DNA of 64,000 nt from Lachnospiraceae bacterium (lineage in GTDB: Bacteria; Bacillota; Clostridia; Lachnospirales; Lachnospiraceae): the NCBI GenBank assembly GCA_017450485.1, contig JAFSTN010000044.1, positions 72,792-136,791 on the forward strand. The letters are read 5' to 3'. The position numbers and the translations under genes are program-made. Shown piece after piece: positions 45,245-53,959 of this stretch. Within the stretch, counting starts at the first letter, position 1; every line of letters starts with the position of its first letter. The notes below the pieces were generated by a model. It did not search any database. It was not told where the DNA came from and saw nothing but the letters and a program-made list of their open reading frames with translations.

Positions 45245-47026
45245 TCACTCTACAGTTATAACTGTGTTTCGCACTTCCCGGTCTCCGCTTACATCCAGAG
45301 ACCACACCGTACCGTTTCCCTTTTCTTCAATAAGTTCAAAACCCATCGTCCCATAGAACTCTCTCACCATCCCGTTCTTCGCGGTCGGTAGGTAATATCC
45401 ATACAACATCTTCAGCCCGCGCGCACGTGCGGCATCCACTACGGCATCCAGCATCGCGCACTCCATATCACGCTTGAGTACACGGCAGCTCATCAGCCAC
45501 AGCCTGATATGCAGTACCTGTGCCTCCGGATCGATCTCACCCATCACGAGCGACACGATACCGTTATCTCCGAACTTGTCGGAGAGCTGTCCGTAGAGTG
45601 TGATGTATCTGTCGTCACCGGCATACCGCTCTATATCCGCCACAGTGCATCTGAGCGTGGTCAGATTGAACTGGTTGGACTTATTCGTCAGCTGGGAGAT
45701 ACGGTTATAATACAGCGGCTCAAACGGTGCGATATGCGCTGTCATCTTAAGACCCAGCAGGTATTCATGATAGTCGGTGTATGCAGCCTGCAGATGTGCA
45801 CGCTCGGCATTTGCCTTATACATCGTGTTGCGCTGCTTATCATCTTCGGATAAGCCGATCACTTCGAAGTACCCGTTTCTGTCTATGCGGCGGATGTACT
45901 CCTCGGGCTGGCCTATATCCGGCACCGCAACTCCCGGCACCTGATCCTCCACGATCATGCGCTCGGCAGGGTTATCATCAACGAAGACGAAAGAATCCGG
46001 GAGTATGTTGATTGCAGAAGCTATATCCACAAGATTGCGGTCCTTCGGCTCCCAGTTGGCTCTGATCTCTATGAAATCATCAGGCCGAAGCACCCCGTCG
46101 GGATGCTCCAGTCCGGCCATTGCGTTGGCCTCATCATTTTTTGAATCCACGTTCAGGAGTACACCTATGCTTTTCTGCTCCTTCAGGTAAGTCTGGAACT
46201 CGGCATACGTCTCCGCAACCGCGGTTTCCTGACCTATCTCCAGGTTCTCCGGCCCGTCATCGCCCACGATGCCTCCCCAGAGGGTGTTGTCGAGGTCGAG
46301 CGCGAGAGCTTTTTTGTTACGGCCCCAGACAGCCTTGATGATATGCGAGAGACTGAACGCAAACTCGGGAATCGCCTGCATCGAGCACATATATTTGTAC
46401 ATATTCCAGAATGCGGGATCAATCCATTTATCCAGGCCGTATGCGGCCGATAGATAGTTGATGTCGTGGATATAGAATGCCTCATGCCCTGCTGCATAAC
46501 CGGCGAAAAGCTCATTCAGACGATTCACATACCGCACCCGTCCTGAGGGATCCACCGCCTCGTAGTTGCCCATCACTCGATAATAAGGATACTCGAAGTT
46601 ATTCTGGATAACAGGACACATATACCTCGATGCCAGATGCTCCCACATGCTCCTGAACCGCTCAAACTCGGCATCCAGCATGGCATCGACATCAGACGAC
46701 GGCATCCCGGGCGACGGGAGATGCTCGATATTCCTGTACCCGGTGTGGATATAGATCAGATCCGGAGAAAAAGAAACAAGCTCCTTAGGATCAAACATCG
46801 CATCCTGATAGTACTGTGCATACTCCGACTCGTAGAACTCCGGCTCGATCCCGTAGTTTAACAGGAACAGCTCCAGGATCCTGATAAAATCATGTGTCGT
46901 GGAGCCGCCCAGCACCGCAATGCGCTTGTGCATGCGCGACGAAGAGTCCGCCAGCAGCTGCCTGCGGAGAGACTTCGATTTCTTGAGTATATATTCACTG
47001 TCAAAAGGGTATTCAAGTTCTTTCAT
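45245..47026 (-). CDS. FkbH-like HAD-IIIC phosphatase/acyl-loading enzyme
   Basis: 593 aa. The HAD motif LDLDNTLWGG (DxDxT) is present. The C-terminal GNAT-like region carries LMSCRVLKR, the Cys region conserved in FkbH-type glyceryl-loading enzymes. It is followed by an ACP gene. Confidence 0.75.
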   Translation of the reverse strand: MKELEYPFDSEYILKKSKSLRRQLLADSSSRMHKRIAVLGGSTTHDFIRILELFLLNYGIEPEFYESEYAQYYQDAMFDPKELVSFSPDLIYIHTGYRNIEHLPSPGMPSSDVDAMLDAEFERFRSMWEHLASRYMCPVIQNNFEYPYYRVMGNYEAVDPSGRVRYVNRLNELFAGYAAGHEAFYIHDINYLSAAYGLDKWIDPAFWNMYKYMCSMQAIPEFAFSLSHIIKAVWGRNKKALALDLDNTLWGGIVGDDGPENLEIGQETAVAETYAEFQTYLKEQKSIGVLLNVDSKNDEANAMAGLEHPDGVLRPDDFIEIRANWEPKDRNLVDIASAINILPDSFVFVDDNPAERMIVEDQVPGVAVPDIGQPEEYIRRIDRNGYFEVIGLSEDDKQRNTMYKANAERAHLQAAYTDYHEYLLGLKMTAHIAPFEPLYYNRISQLTNKSNQFNLTTLRCTVADIERYAGDDRYITLYGQLSDKFGDNGIVSLVMGEIDPEAQVLHIRLWLMSCRVLKRDMECAMLDAVVDAARARGLKMLYGYYLPTAKNGMVREFYGTMGFELIEEKGNGTVWSLDVSGDREVRNTVITVE

Positions 47027-47157
47027 GATCTATACTATTGTACCAAACGGACTGCTAAAAAGGAACAGTAGACACTACGGGCCCCGGAGTGCTAAACTAA
47101 ACCTTGCCCCGATTCGGGGAGAATTATCAAGATGACGAAAACAACGAGGTGTGATCC

Positions 47158-47931
47158 ATGTTCTCATATGACGACTACAGAGAGATAATACAGGCTGTCA
47201 AAGACAGCGGACGCGTAAACAAATATCCCGAAGCGCTCGGAGCAGATGAGTTTGCCATCATGCGACACGATGTCGAATACAGTGTGGAGCGTTCATATCA
47301 GATGTCTCTGGTCGAAACGGAGATGGACTTCACGAGTACATGGTTCTTCCAGTTCACGAACAACAGCTACAATCCTTTCTCAAGGACTACCAAAGACCGC
47401 ATCTACAGAATGCGTGATAACGGCCACACGATCGGCCTGCATTTCGCACTCGACGGTGAGACCGACATGGAAGTGATCCGGCAGCAGATACCGAAGCAGC
47501 TCGAGATCATGTCATATATGCTCGGCTTCGAAGTCAACCAGTTCAGCATCCACAGGCCGCCGTCGGCAGCACTTGCGGCGAACTTCAAGTATCCGGGCAT
47601 CATCAACGCATATCAGGATGATTTCTTCAGCTATCAGGAAGGCGTGGATGACAACACAGTCCTGGATGTGAAGTATATGTCGGATGCGAACCACATCTGG
47701 AGATACGGCTATCCCACCCGCGAAAACATCCTGAATCATAAGAAAGTCCAGATACTCACCCACCCCTTCGGATGGTGCGAACACGGCTACGACAATCATG
47801 ATAACTATGTGGCTCTCGCCAAAGAGAAATACAAAGAGATGATCGTCTCGATCGATGATGAATGCAAGGACTTCAAAGAATATCTGGACGAGTTTCTCGG
47901 TGCGGAGATCGATCTGAAGATGAGATCATAA
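47158..47931 (+). CDS. Hypothetical protein, possibly a divergent polysaccharide-deacetylase-like fold
   Basis: 257 aa with SD GAGGTG upstream. Segments FAIMRHDVEYS and GHTIGLHF resemble metal-dependent deacetylase-like barrels, but this is a weak by-eye call. It is the only plus-strand gene inside the locus. Confidence 0.3.
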   Translation: MFSYDDYREIIQAVKDSGRVNKYPEALGADEFAIMRHDVEYSVERSYQMSLVETEMDFTSTWFFQFTNNSYNPFSRTTKDRIYRMRDNGHTIGLHFALDGETDMEVIRQQIPKQLEIMSYMLGFEVNQFSIHRPPSAALAANFKYPGIINAYQDDFFSYQEGVDDNTVLDVKYMSDANHIWRYGYPTRENILNHKKVQILTHPFGWCEHGYDNHDNYVALAKEKYKEMIVSIDDECKDFKEYLDEFLGAEIDLKMRS

Positions 47932-49029
47932 GAGGTCCTCTATATAATCAGCCCACTGCTTAAATACGATATCGGGGTGAGCGCGGTCTGCGATGCGGCG
48001 TGCGTTTTCGCCCAGCCGTTCCGCCAGCTCACGGTCCTCGATCAGTCGGTTCATGCCTGCTGCCAGTGCTTCGGGATCATGTATGGGCACGAGCAGACCG
48101 TCCTCACCGTCCGTGATCAGTGTCGCCGGACCCCCACACGGGCAGTCGGTCGATACGATCGGCAGCCCCAGCGCCATCGCTTCCATCAGTGCGTTCGGCA
48201 GGCCTTCCCATTCTGAAGAAAAAGCATATACTCCGCCGTCTAACAGATCCTTTTCCAGAGAGTCAGAATCTCCCCGCAGAAATATGAAATCATGCGCATC
48301 ATATCTCTCGATGCGTTCCTCAAGTATCTCCTTAGTACCGTCAAAAGAATCCGGTCCCCAAATCTCCAGTATCCAGTCGGGATGTTTCTCATGAACGATC
48401 ATAAAAGCGTCTATCAGCTGATGCTGGTATTTGAAGTCGACGAGACGGCCGGACTGAACCACGGCCTTGCGGCGTGACGCAGGAGGCTCGACTCCTATGT
48501 ATTTCTCACTTAAGGGATTCAAGATTATGCGGGAATTCTCCTGGAGATAGGGTTTGAAGAACTCTCTCTGCCCCTCAGTCTGGAAGACGCAGCCGTCCGC
48601 CCTCGGAAAAAGGCGCGGGATATACAGTTTATCAAGCCTGCCGTCATAGTGTCCCACAGGATCCGTTCTGACAGAGATCAGCACCGGTACCTTCATCCGA
48701 TATGTCGCCATCAGGGTACGGTAGATCGCGAGATGCGCAAAAGCTATGACTATGTCGGGCTGAGTTTCTTTAATGATCTTCTTAAGGCGGCTGATCCTGA
48801 GCAGATATTTCGCTGCGCGGCTACGATGCTCGTCGGCTTCGGTGATGCCGATATTGATATGGCGGATAGCAGGATCGAGCGGATACTCGACCTCTCCGAT
48901 CCACTCCACCGCCACGATGATATCATAGCCCTCCGCAGCGAACCTGTTCGCAAGGTTCGATACCACGCGTTCAGCTCCGCCATGTTCCAGGCAGTTTATA
49001 TGGAATAGAATACGTCTCTTAGGATTCAT
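47926..49029 (-). CDS. GT4-family (GT-B) glycosyltransferase
   Basis: The N-terminus LFHINCLEHGGAERV and the C-terminal E-x7-E region SEWEGLPNALMEAMALGLPIVSTD are present. Confidence 0.85.
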   Translation of the reverse strand: MNPKRRILFHINCLEHGGAERVVSNLANRFAAEGYDIIVAVEWIGEVEYPLDPAIRHINIGITEADEHRSRAAKYLLRISRLKKIIKETQPDIVIAFAHLAIYRTLMATYRMKVPVLISVRTDPVGHYDGRLDKLYIPRLFPRADGCVFQTEGQREFFKPYLQENSRIILNPLSEKYIGVEPPASRRKAVVQSGRLVDFKYQHQLIDAFMIVHEKHPDWILEIWGPDSFDGTKEILEERIERYDAHDFIFLRGDSDSLEKDLLDGGVYAFSSEWEGLPNALMEAMALGLPIVSTDCPCGGPATLITDGEDGLLVPIHDPEALAAGMNRLIEDRELAERLGENARRIADRAHPDIVFKQWADYIEDLL

Positions 49030-50458
49030 TGCTTGCTGTTGCCATTTTCAGGAATTCTTCGCGGTAACGTTCATAGCTGTACTCTCTCGCACGCCCCTCG
49101 GCCACCGAACGGTAATGGTCGCACAGTGCCTTGTCGCGGAGCATGTCTATCATCACGTGAGCATTCTCGAAGTCAGCCGGGGTTATGTGTGCGAAATCCA
49201 TATCTTTCTCCATGGTAAGTGCAGGAGTGATGACTCCGTACTGTGCATATATAGCCATCGGACGGCCTGAGTCACGACGTGATTCAGGGATATCGGGCAC
49301 GATAGATACCTGTTCAGGTTTCACATCGGCCGCCGGCTCCGGTGCCACATCGAATCCCAACGCAGCCAGACCGGGATGATCGGCCACGTTACGGGCCACT
49401 CGCCAGTCAACCGGGTATCCTTCGATTGCCTGCAGCCAGCCGCTGTCATCACCTCGCTCGGAAATAGTGAACCGCGCTTCAAACTCCGCCTCACAATCCT
49501 GTACTCCGCTGGCTGCCAGTATCTCGGCGGGACCTACCCAGCAGTTCGTGGATACGATCGGCAGGCCGACCGCAAGTGCCTCCACAACAGCGTTCGGGAA
49601 GCCTTCGGTACGTGAAGTCGTCCAATATACATCCGCATATCTGACATATTTATACGGGTTATCACATGCGCCCATGAATCTGATGAAATCCGTGATGCCC
49701 AGCCACTCGGCCATGCGCTTGTACGGCTCGTATTCACCGGCACCCATGATGATCAGTCTGGTATCCGGCATCGTCATCTGGATCAGCTTGAATATCTTGA
49801 GCATGCGCCAGTACATCTTCAGATCCGCCTCGCGGCCCATGGTCATGATGTAGCTGATCGGTCTGCCCTCCTCGGTAGTCGTCGGGAATTCGGCTCTGCC
49901 GGAGTCATCTCCGTAGGCGTCCTTCCGGATACCGTCTATGTCAAAAGGATTGCGAAGCAGGCTTACCTGCGTTCCCGATGCGGCTATGGCGGCTGCGAAT
50001 CGCTCAATAACAGCTTTCTCTATATCTTCCGAGCAGCATACTATACGGTCGCTGTGGCTGATGAAAAGGCGCATGTTCGATATCTCGGTCACATCGGGAT
50101 ACGTACGCAGACCTACCCAGGTAAGCGATGACTGCATGCGCGTAAGGCTGTTGGCAATATTGGCCGCTCTGCCGAAGCTGTATGATATATATGGGCGAAT
50201 CCTAGATTTAAGCCGGCGCAGCTTAACGAAACGCCGGACTGTATTGATGAGCTTGAGTATCAGTCCCGATCTGGCAGGAACATTCAGATTCACTACATTG
50301 AATGCGCTCACATCATAGCCGATGTCCGAATCATCAAATATCGCGATCGTGATGTCGAAATCATCAGCGAGCAGTCCCGCGGTACGGACCACCACTCGTT
50401 CCTGGCCACCCTGATGCAGAGTCGGCACTATAAGCAGGAGTTTACGTCGATCACTCAT
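49019..50458 (-). CDS. GT4-family (GT-B) glycosyltransferase with insertions
   Basis: LLLIVPTLHQGGQERV and SRTEGFPNAVVEALAVGLPIVSTN are present, with an extra ~100-aa C-terminal segment. Confidence 0.8.
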   Translation of the reverse strand: MSDRRKLLLIVPTLHQGGQERVVVRTAGLLADDFDITIAIFDDSDIGYDVSAFNVVNLNVPARSGLILKLINTVRRFVKLRRLKSRIRPYISYSFGRAANIANSLTRMQSSLTWVGLRTYPDVTEISNMRLFISHSDRIVCCSEDIEKAVIERFAAAIAASGTQVSLLRNPFDIDGIRKDAYGDDSGRAEFPTTTEEGRPISYIMTMGREADLKMYWRMLKIFKLIQMTMPDTRLIIMGAGEYEPYKRMAEWLGITDFIRFMGACDNPYKYVRYADVYWTTSRTEGFPNAVVEALAVGLPIVSTNCWVGPAEILAASGVQDCEAEFEARFTISERGDDSGWLQAIEGYPVDWRVARNVADHPGLAALGFDVAPEPAADVKPEQVSIVPDIPESRRDSGRPMAIYAQYGVITPALTMEKDMDFAHITPADFENAHVMIDMLRDKALCDHYRSVAEGRAREYSYERYREEFLKMATASNES

Positions 50459-51464
50459 AAGTCACTCTCCCCTCATCAACATACCTCCGAATGTAATCAT
50501 GAAAACGTCTGACAGTCTGCATTTCCATCGCGCGATCGTCAGTCATATAGAAATCCCTCGCTGACTCCTCAGGAACCTCGAGAGTCGACTCGGATGTCAG
50601 CATCCGTCCGGGATGAATGTTCAGTTCCAGATCATATCCGTGCTTTCCGCAAAACTTCAGCATATCCGGCATAATCGAACTGATGCGCTCGAGATCCATA
50701 TGTCCCGTCATGATCAGTCCCCACAGGTATGCAGGTTTGATGTTGCGGGACTTCAGATACTTCTCTGCCTTCGGAGCCATGCATGCCAGCACGCGGTTCT
50801 TCACGAAACCTACGGGGCTGAAGCCCAGAGCGAGGTGTTTCATGAAGGGGCCGAGCGGTTCGTGGGAGGTGCGAATGTATTCTATCCGGGCGAATCCCAA
50901 ACCGGGTCCCTCCGAAAGGCCGAAGCCGTTGTCAAGAACACTCACCAACGCACGCCATACTATAGGAAGCAGATGAACATGCTGATGTGAATCGATGCGT
51001 AGTCCTCTCGATCTGACCGGTATGCCGCACTCGTCAGCTCGTGTAATCACCCTGTCGATCAGATCTGTAGCCCTGCTGATCTGTGCCGCGATCTCAGCCT
51101 GCAGCTGAGCATACACTTCATCATATTTCATACGTTTGCCGGTGTTATCCCTGACAGGCAGGTGAAATGATACGAAGAAAAGCTTCTTCCAGGTCCAGGG
51201 GAGAAGGCGGTCATCAATAAGACTCTTCCCCTCAATAGGATTAATATGCACACTCAGATAAGGTATGAAGGGAAGATCGGGAACAGCGTCAATCAACATG
51301 CGCTCGCACTCCGGATATATGCTCATGTTAGCAAGGATGCTGACGCCGTCCAGATATCCGCCTTTCATCAGTTCCAGGATATCTTCTGTAGTGTGCATGC
51401 TCTCGCCGTAGTCGTCAGCGTGGAGTTCTATGTGGATTTTTTCGTTATTTTTGTTTGAAGTCAT
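50451..51464 (-). CDS. YdjC/ChbG/HpnK-family carbohydrate deacetylase
   Basis: The N-terminal motif IELHADDYGES and the later DSHQHVH are typical of YdjC-like deacetylases. No signal peptide or TM is present, so it is predicted cytoplasmic. Confidence 0.75.
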   Translation of the reverse strand: MTSNKNNEKIHIELHADDYGESMHTTEDILELMKGGYLDGVSILANMSIYPECERMLIDAVPDLPFIPYLSVHINPIEGKSLIDDRLLPWTWKKLFFVSFHLPVRDNTGKRMKYDEVYAQLQAEIAAQISRATDLIDRVITRADECGIPVRSRGLRIDSHQHVHLLPIVWRALVSVLDNGFGLSEGPGLGFARIEYIRTSHEPLGPFMKHLALGFSPVGFVKNRVLACMAPKAEKYLKSRNIKPAYLWGLIMTGHMDLERISSIMPDMLKFCGKHGYDLELNIHPGRMLTSESTLEVPEESARDFYMTDDRAMEMQTVRRFHDYIRRYVDEGRVTYE

Positions 51465-52931
51465 TTATTGTCCCGCTACGCCCATCTTCACGGCATCATG
51501 CTCTGCTACGTCTGTCTTGGTCTCAGGCCTGTGCCATATCCTATAAATCATCAACATCATCGCTATATAGAACGGCGCCATCAGATATATCGTATATCTG
51601 GTCTGGCAGAAGATCACTGCGCTCACCAGCCCTACATTCACGAGTATGCCTGCAAGCGTCAGTCCCGCAAAGCAGGCGATCTGCCTGTTGCCGCGCCTGA
51701 TATACACCACGAGCAGTCCCAGATATAATGCATAAACCAACACGGCATATATGCACAGTACCGGGTGCAGTTTCGCCACCGTGAGCACCAGCCCCGCAAG
51801 CAGGTTATTGATAAAAATGCGCAGCAGTCTTCCGGCCTCATGCGGCAGAAGCGAAGAGTTAAACTCACTCCTGATCGCATCCATCCGTGCGGAATGAAGT
51901 TCATTCCTGTCGACTGTCTCCATTCCGGTATCATCAGCGGTCCTTTCCAGGACCACCTGCATCACATCCAGCTGTATGTGATCGTAATTATCCTCGAAAT
52001 GTCTGACGGCATCCAGCCATCCGTCCGGTGCACTGTGATACAGATAACCGGCTTCATCACAGGCATCATATATCTCCAGCCAGATATCTCTGAGACCGGG
52101 GTCTATGTACTCAGCATATTCTCGCTCAGCTGTATACAAAGCCATCGTGGATACGAATCTGTTATCCTCTGTATGACGGGTGAAATCACCTCGCAGGATA
52201 TAATTGTATGTGCAGTCGTACAGCGCGGGTACGCCGAGCGCCAGAGCCACACACACCATGCAGGTGAAGGCCGTACTCCCGAGCCGACGGGAAAGCGCAC
52301 CACCGGCTTGCCCGCTTGCCACACCATCCGTGCCATCGGCTTCTGCATCTCCGGGTCCGGATCGAACCCCTACAACAACCAACACCAACAACAACAGCAC
52401 GAGCAGCACATACATCTGCTTACGCGTCGACACTCCCAGGATCGTCATCGCCACTGACAGGATCAGCGCCTTTTTCGATCCGCTGATCATATACTCATAG
52501 GCAAATCTTATAAACAGCAGAAATATGCTGATCGTGATTCCCTCGGTAAGGATACAGTTGGAATACATGCTTCCACGCTTAGCTGCATATCTGTTGAGCA
52601 GAGACACCCCGAGGGGGATCATCATCAACACGTATCCCATCCATTTGCTCAGCTTCAGCTGACGTACCAGATATATCACCAGTACACTCACGGACACAGC
52701 CGCCAGGATACTCTGCACACCCACTACCCAGAACAGGTATCTCTGTTCCTCCATAGGCACGGATCCATCGGGCGGTATCAGGCGTCTGAAGAGTGCTAGC
52801 AGCGTCGGATAGAGCGGTTCCCTGGAGTCATACATGACCACATAGCTCATACTGTCGGCACACCATACTGCGCCGTCATATATCCAGTACGCCATGTAAA
52901 AAAGCAGAGGGATGACCACTATCGGAATCAT
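51465..52931 (-). CDS. Large polytopic membrane protein, candidate GT-C-type glycosyltransferase
   Basis: 488 aa and about 11-12 TM segments. The first external loop carries CADSMSYVVMYDSREPLYP (acidic residues after TM1). The gene abuts the GtrB-like and YdjC-like genes without gaps. Confidence 0.4.
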   Translation of the reverse strand: MIPIVVIPLLFYMAYWIYDGAVWCADSMSYVVMYDSREPLYPTLLALFRRLIPPDGSVPMEEQRYLFWVVGVQSILAAVSVSVLVIYLVRQLKLSKWMGYVLMMIPLGVSLLNRYAAKRGSMYSNCILTEGITISIFLLFIRFAYEYMISGSKKALILSVAMTILGVSTRKQMYVLLVLLLLVLVVVGVRSGPGDAEADGTDGVASGQAGGALSRRLGSTAFTCMVCVALALGVPALYDCTYNYILRGDFTRHTEDNRFVSTMALYTAEREYAEYIDPGLRDIWLEIYDACDEAGYLYHSAPDGWLDAVRHFEDNYDHIQLDVMQVVLERTADDTGMETVDRNELHSARMDAIRSEFNSSLLPHEAGRLLRIFINNLLAGLVLTVAKLHPVLCIYAVLVYALYLGLLVVYIRRGNRQIACFAGLTLAGILVNVGLVSAVIFCQTRYTIYLMAPFYIAMMLMIYRIWHRPETKTDVAEHDAVKMGVAGQ

Positions 52932-53959
52932 CAGTCTTCCTCCCGCTTACGGCACTCCCTGAGCACGACGGAATCCACTATATATCTCGGACGGTGCTTG
53001 GATTCCATATAAGATTTACCGACATACTCACCTATGACGCCGAGACTCAGGAGGATCACTCCGCCCAATGCCAGCATCACGATGACCATAGTCGTATAAC
53101 CGGGAACATTCTTGCCGTTGATCCAGTCTATCAGAGATATGACTATCAACACCAGCGTCGCCAGCACCGTCAAAAATCCCAGCGTTCCGATGATATGCAG
53201 CGGCCTGATACTGCATGATGTGATACCATCAATAGCCAGTCTCATCATCTTCTTGACAGTATACTTGGACTGTCCCGCCTCACGGGCCTTCACATCGAAA
53301 TATACAACGTCTGATGCAAACCCCATCGTTGGAATCAACCCGCGCAGGAACAGACTGCTCTCTTCATACTCCGAGAGTGCTTCCAGAGCCTTCGCGGACA
53401 TCAGGCGGTAGTCTGCGGAATTAGTGATGGCACTGCTTCCAAGCGCATGCATGAGCTTATAGTACATGGTCGCCGTAGCACGCTTCATGAAGCCGTCAGT
53501 CTTGCGATCGTTACGAACCCCGTAAACCACATCGCATCCGCTCATATATGCTGCGATAAAATCGTCCAAAGCCTCGATATCCTGCTGCAGATCCGCATCT
53601 ATGGTCACCACCGCATCGGCATAGTGCCTGGCCTCCATCATACCGGCCAGTATCGCACTCTGATGACCGTAATTCCCCGCAAAAGAAAGTACCCCGTAGA
53701 ATGAATCCTGCTTTGAGAGATCATGCAGCATACGCAGGGTGTTATCGGTACTTCCGTCATTGACAAACAGAGCCTTGCTCTCACGCGTGATAAGTCCGGC
53801 ATCCGCCATCCTCGTCAGCTTATCCTTAACTACGACAGCAGTCTTCGATATGACTTCTTCTTCGTTATAGCAGGGTAATACAAGATAAAGAGTTGGTATA
53901 CGAGTTCTTATTTCCGACAAAACAGAAACCTCCTCAGATAAATGATCACTAGTCCACAC
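52931..53959 (-). CDS. GtrB-like polyprenol-phosphate glycosyltransferase (GT2 with two C-terminal TM helices)
   Basis: YLVLPCYNEEEVISKT, VNDGSTDNT and TIDADLQQD are present, with two C-terminal TM segments. An alternative TTG start at 53920 is preceded by GAGGAGG at 8-nt spacing. Confidence 0.85.
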   Translation of the reverse strand: MWTSDHLSEEVSVLSEIRTRIPTLYLVLPCYNEEEVISKTAVVVKDKLTRMADAGLITRESKALFVNDGSTDNTLRMLHDLSKQDSFYGVLSFAGNYGHQSAILAGMMEARHYADAVVTIDADLQQDIEALDDFIAAYMSGCDVVYGVRNDRKTDGFMKRATATMYYKLMHALGSSAITNSADYRLMSAKALEALSEYEESSLFLRGLIPTMGFASDVVYFDVKAREAGQSKYTVKKMMRLAIDGITSCSIRPLHIIGTLGFLTVLATLVLIVISLIDWINGKNVPGYTTMVIVMLALGGVILLSLGVIGEYVGKSYMESKHRPRYIVDSVVLRECRKREED

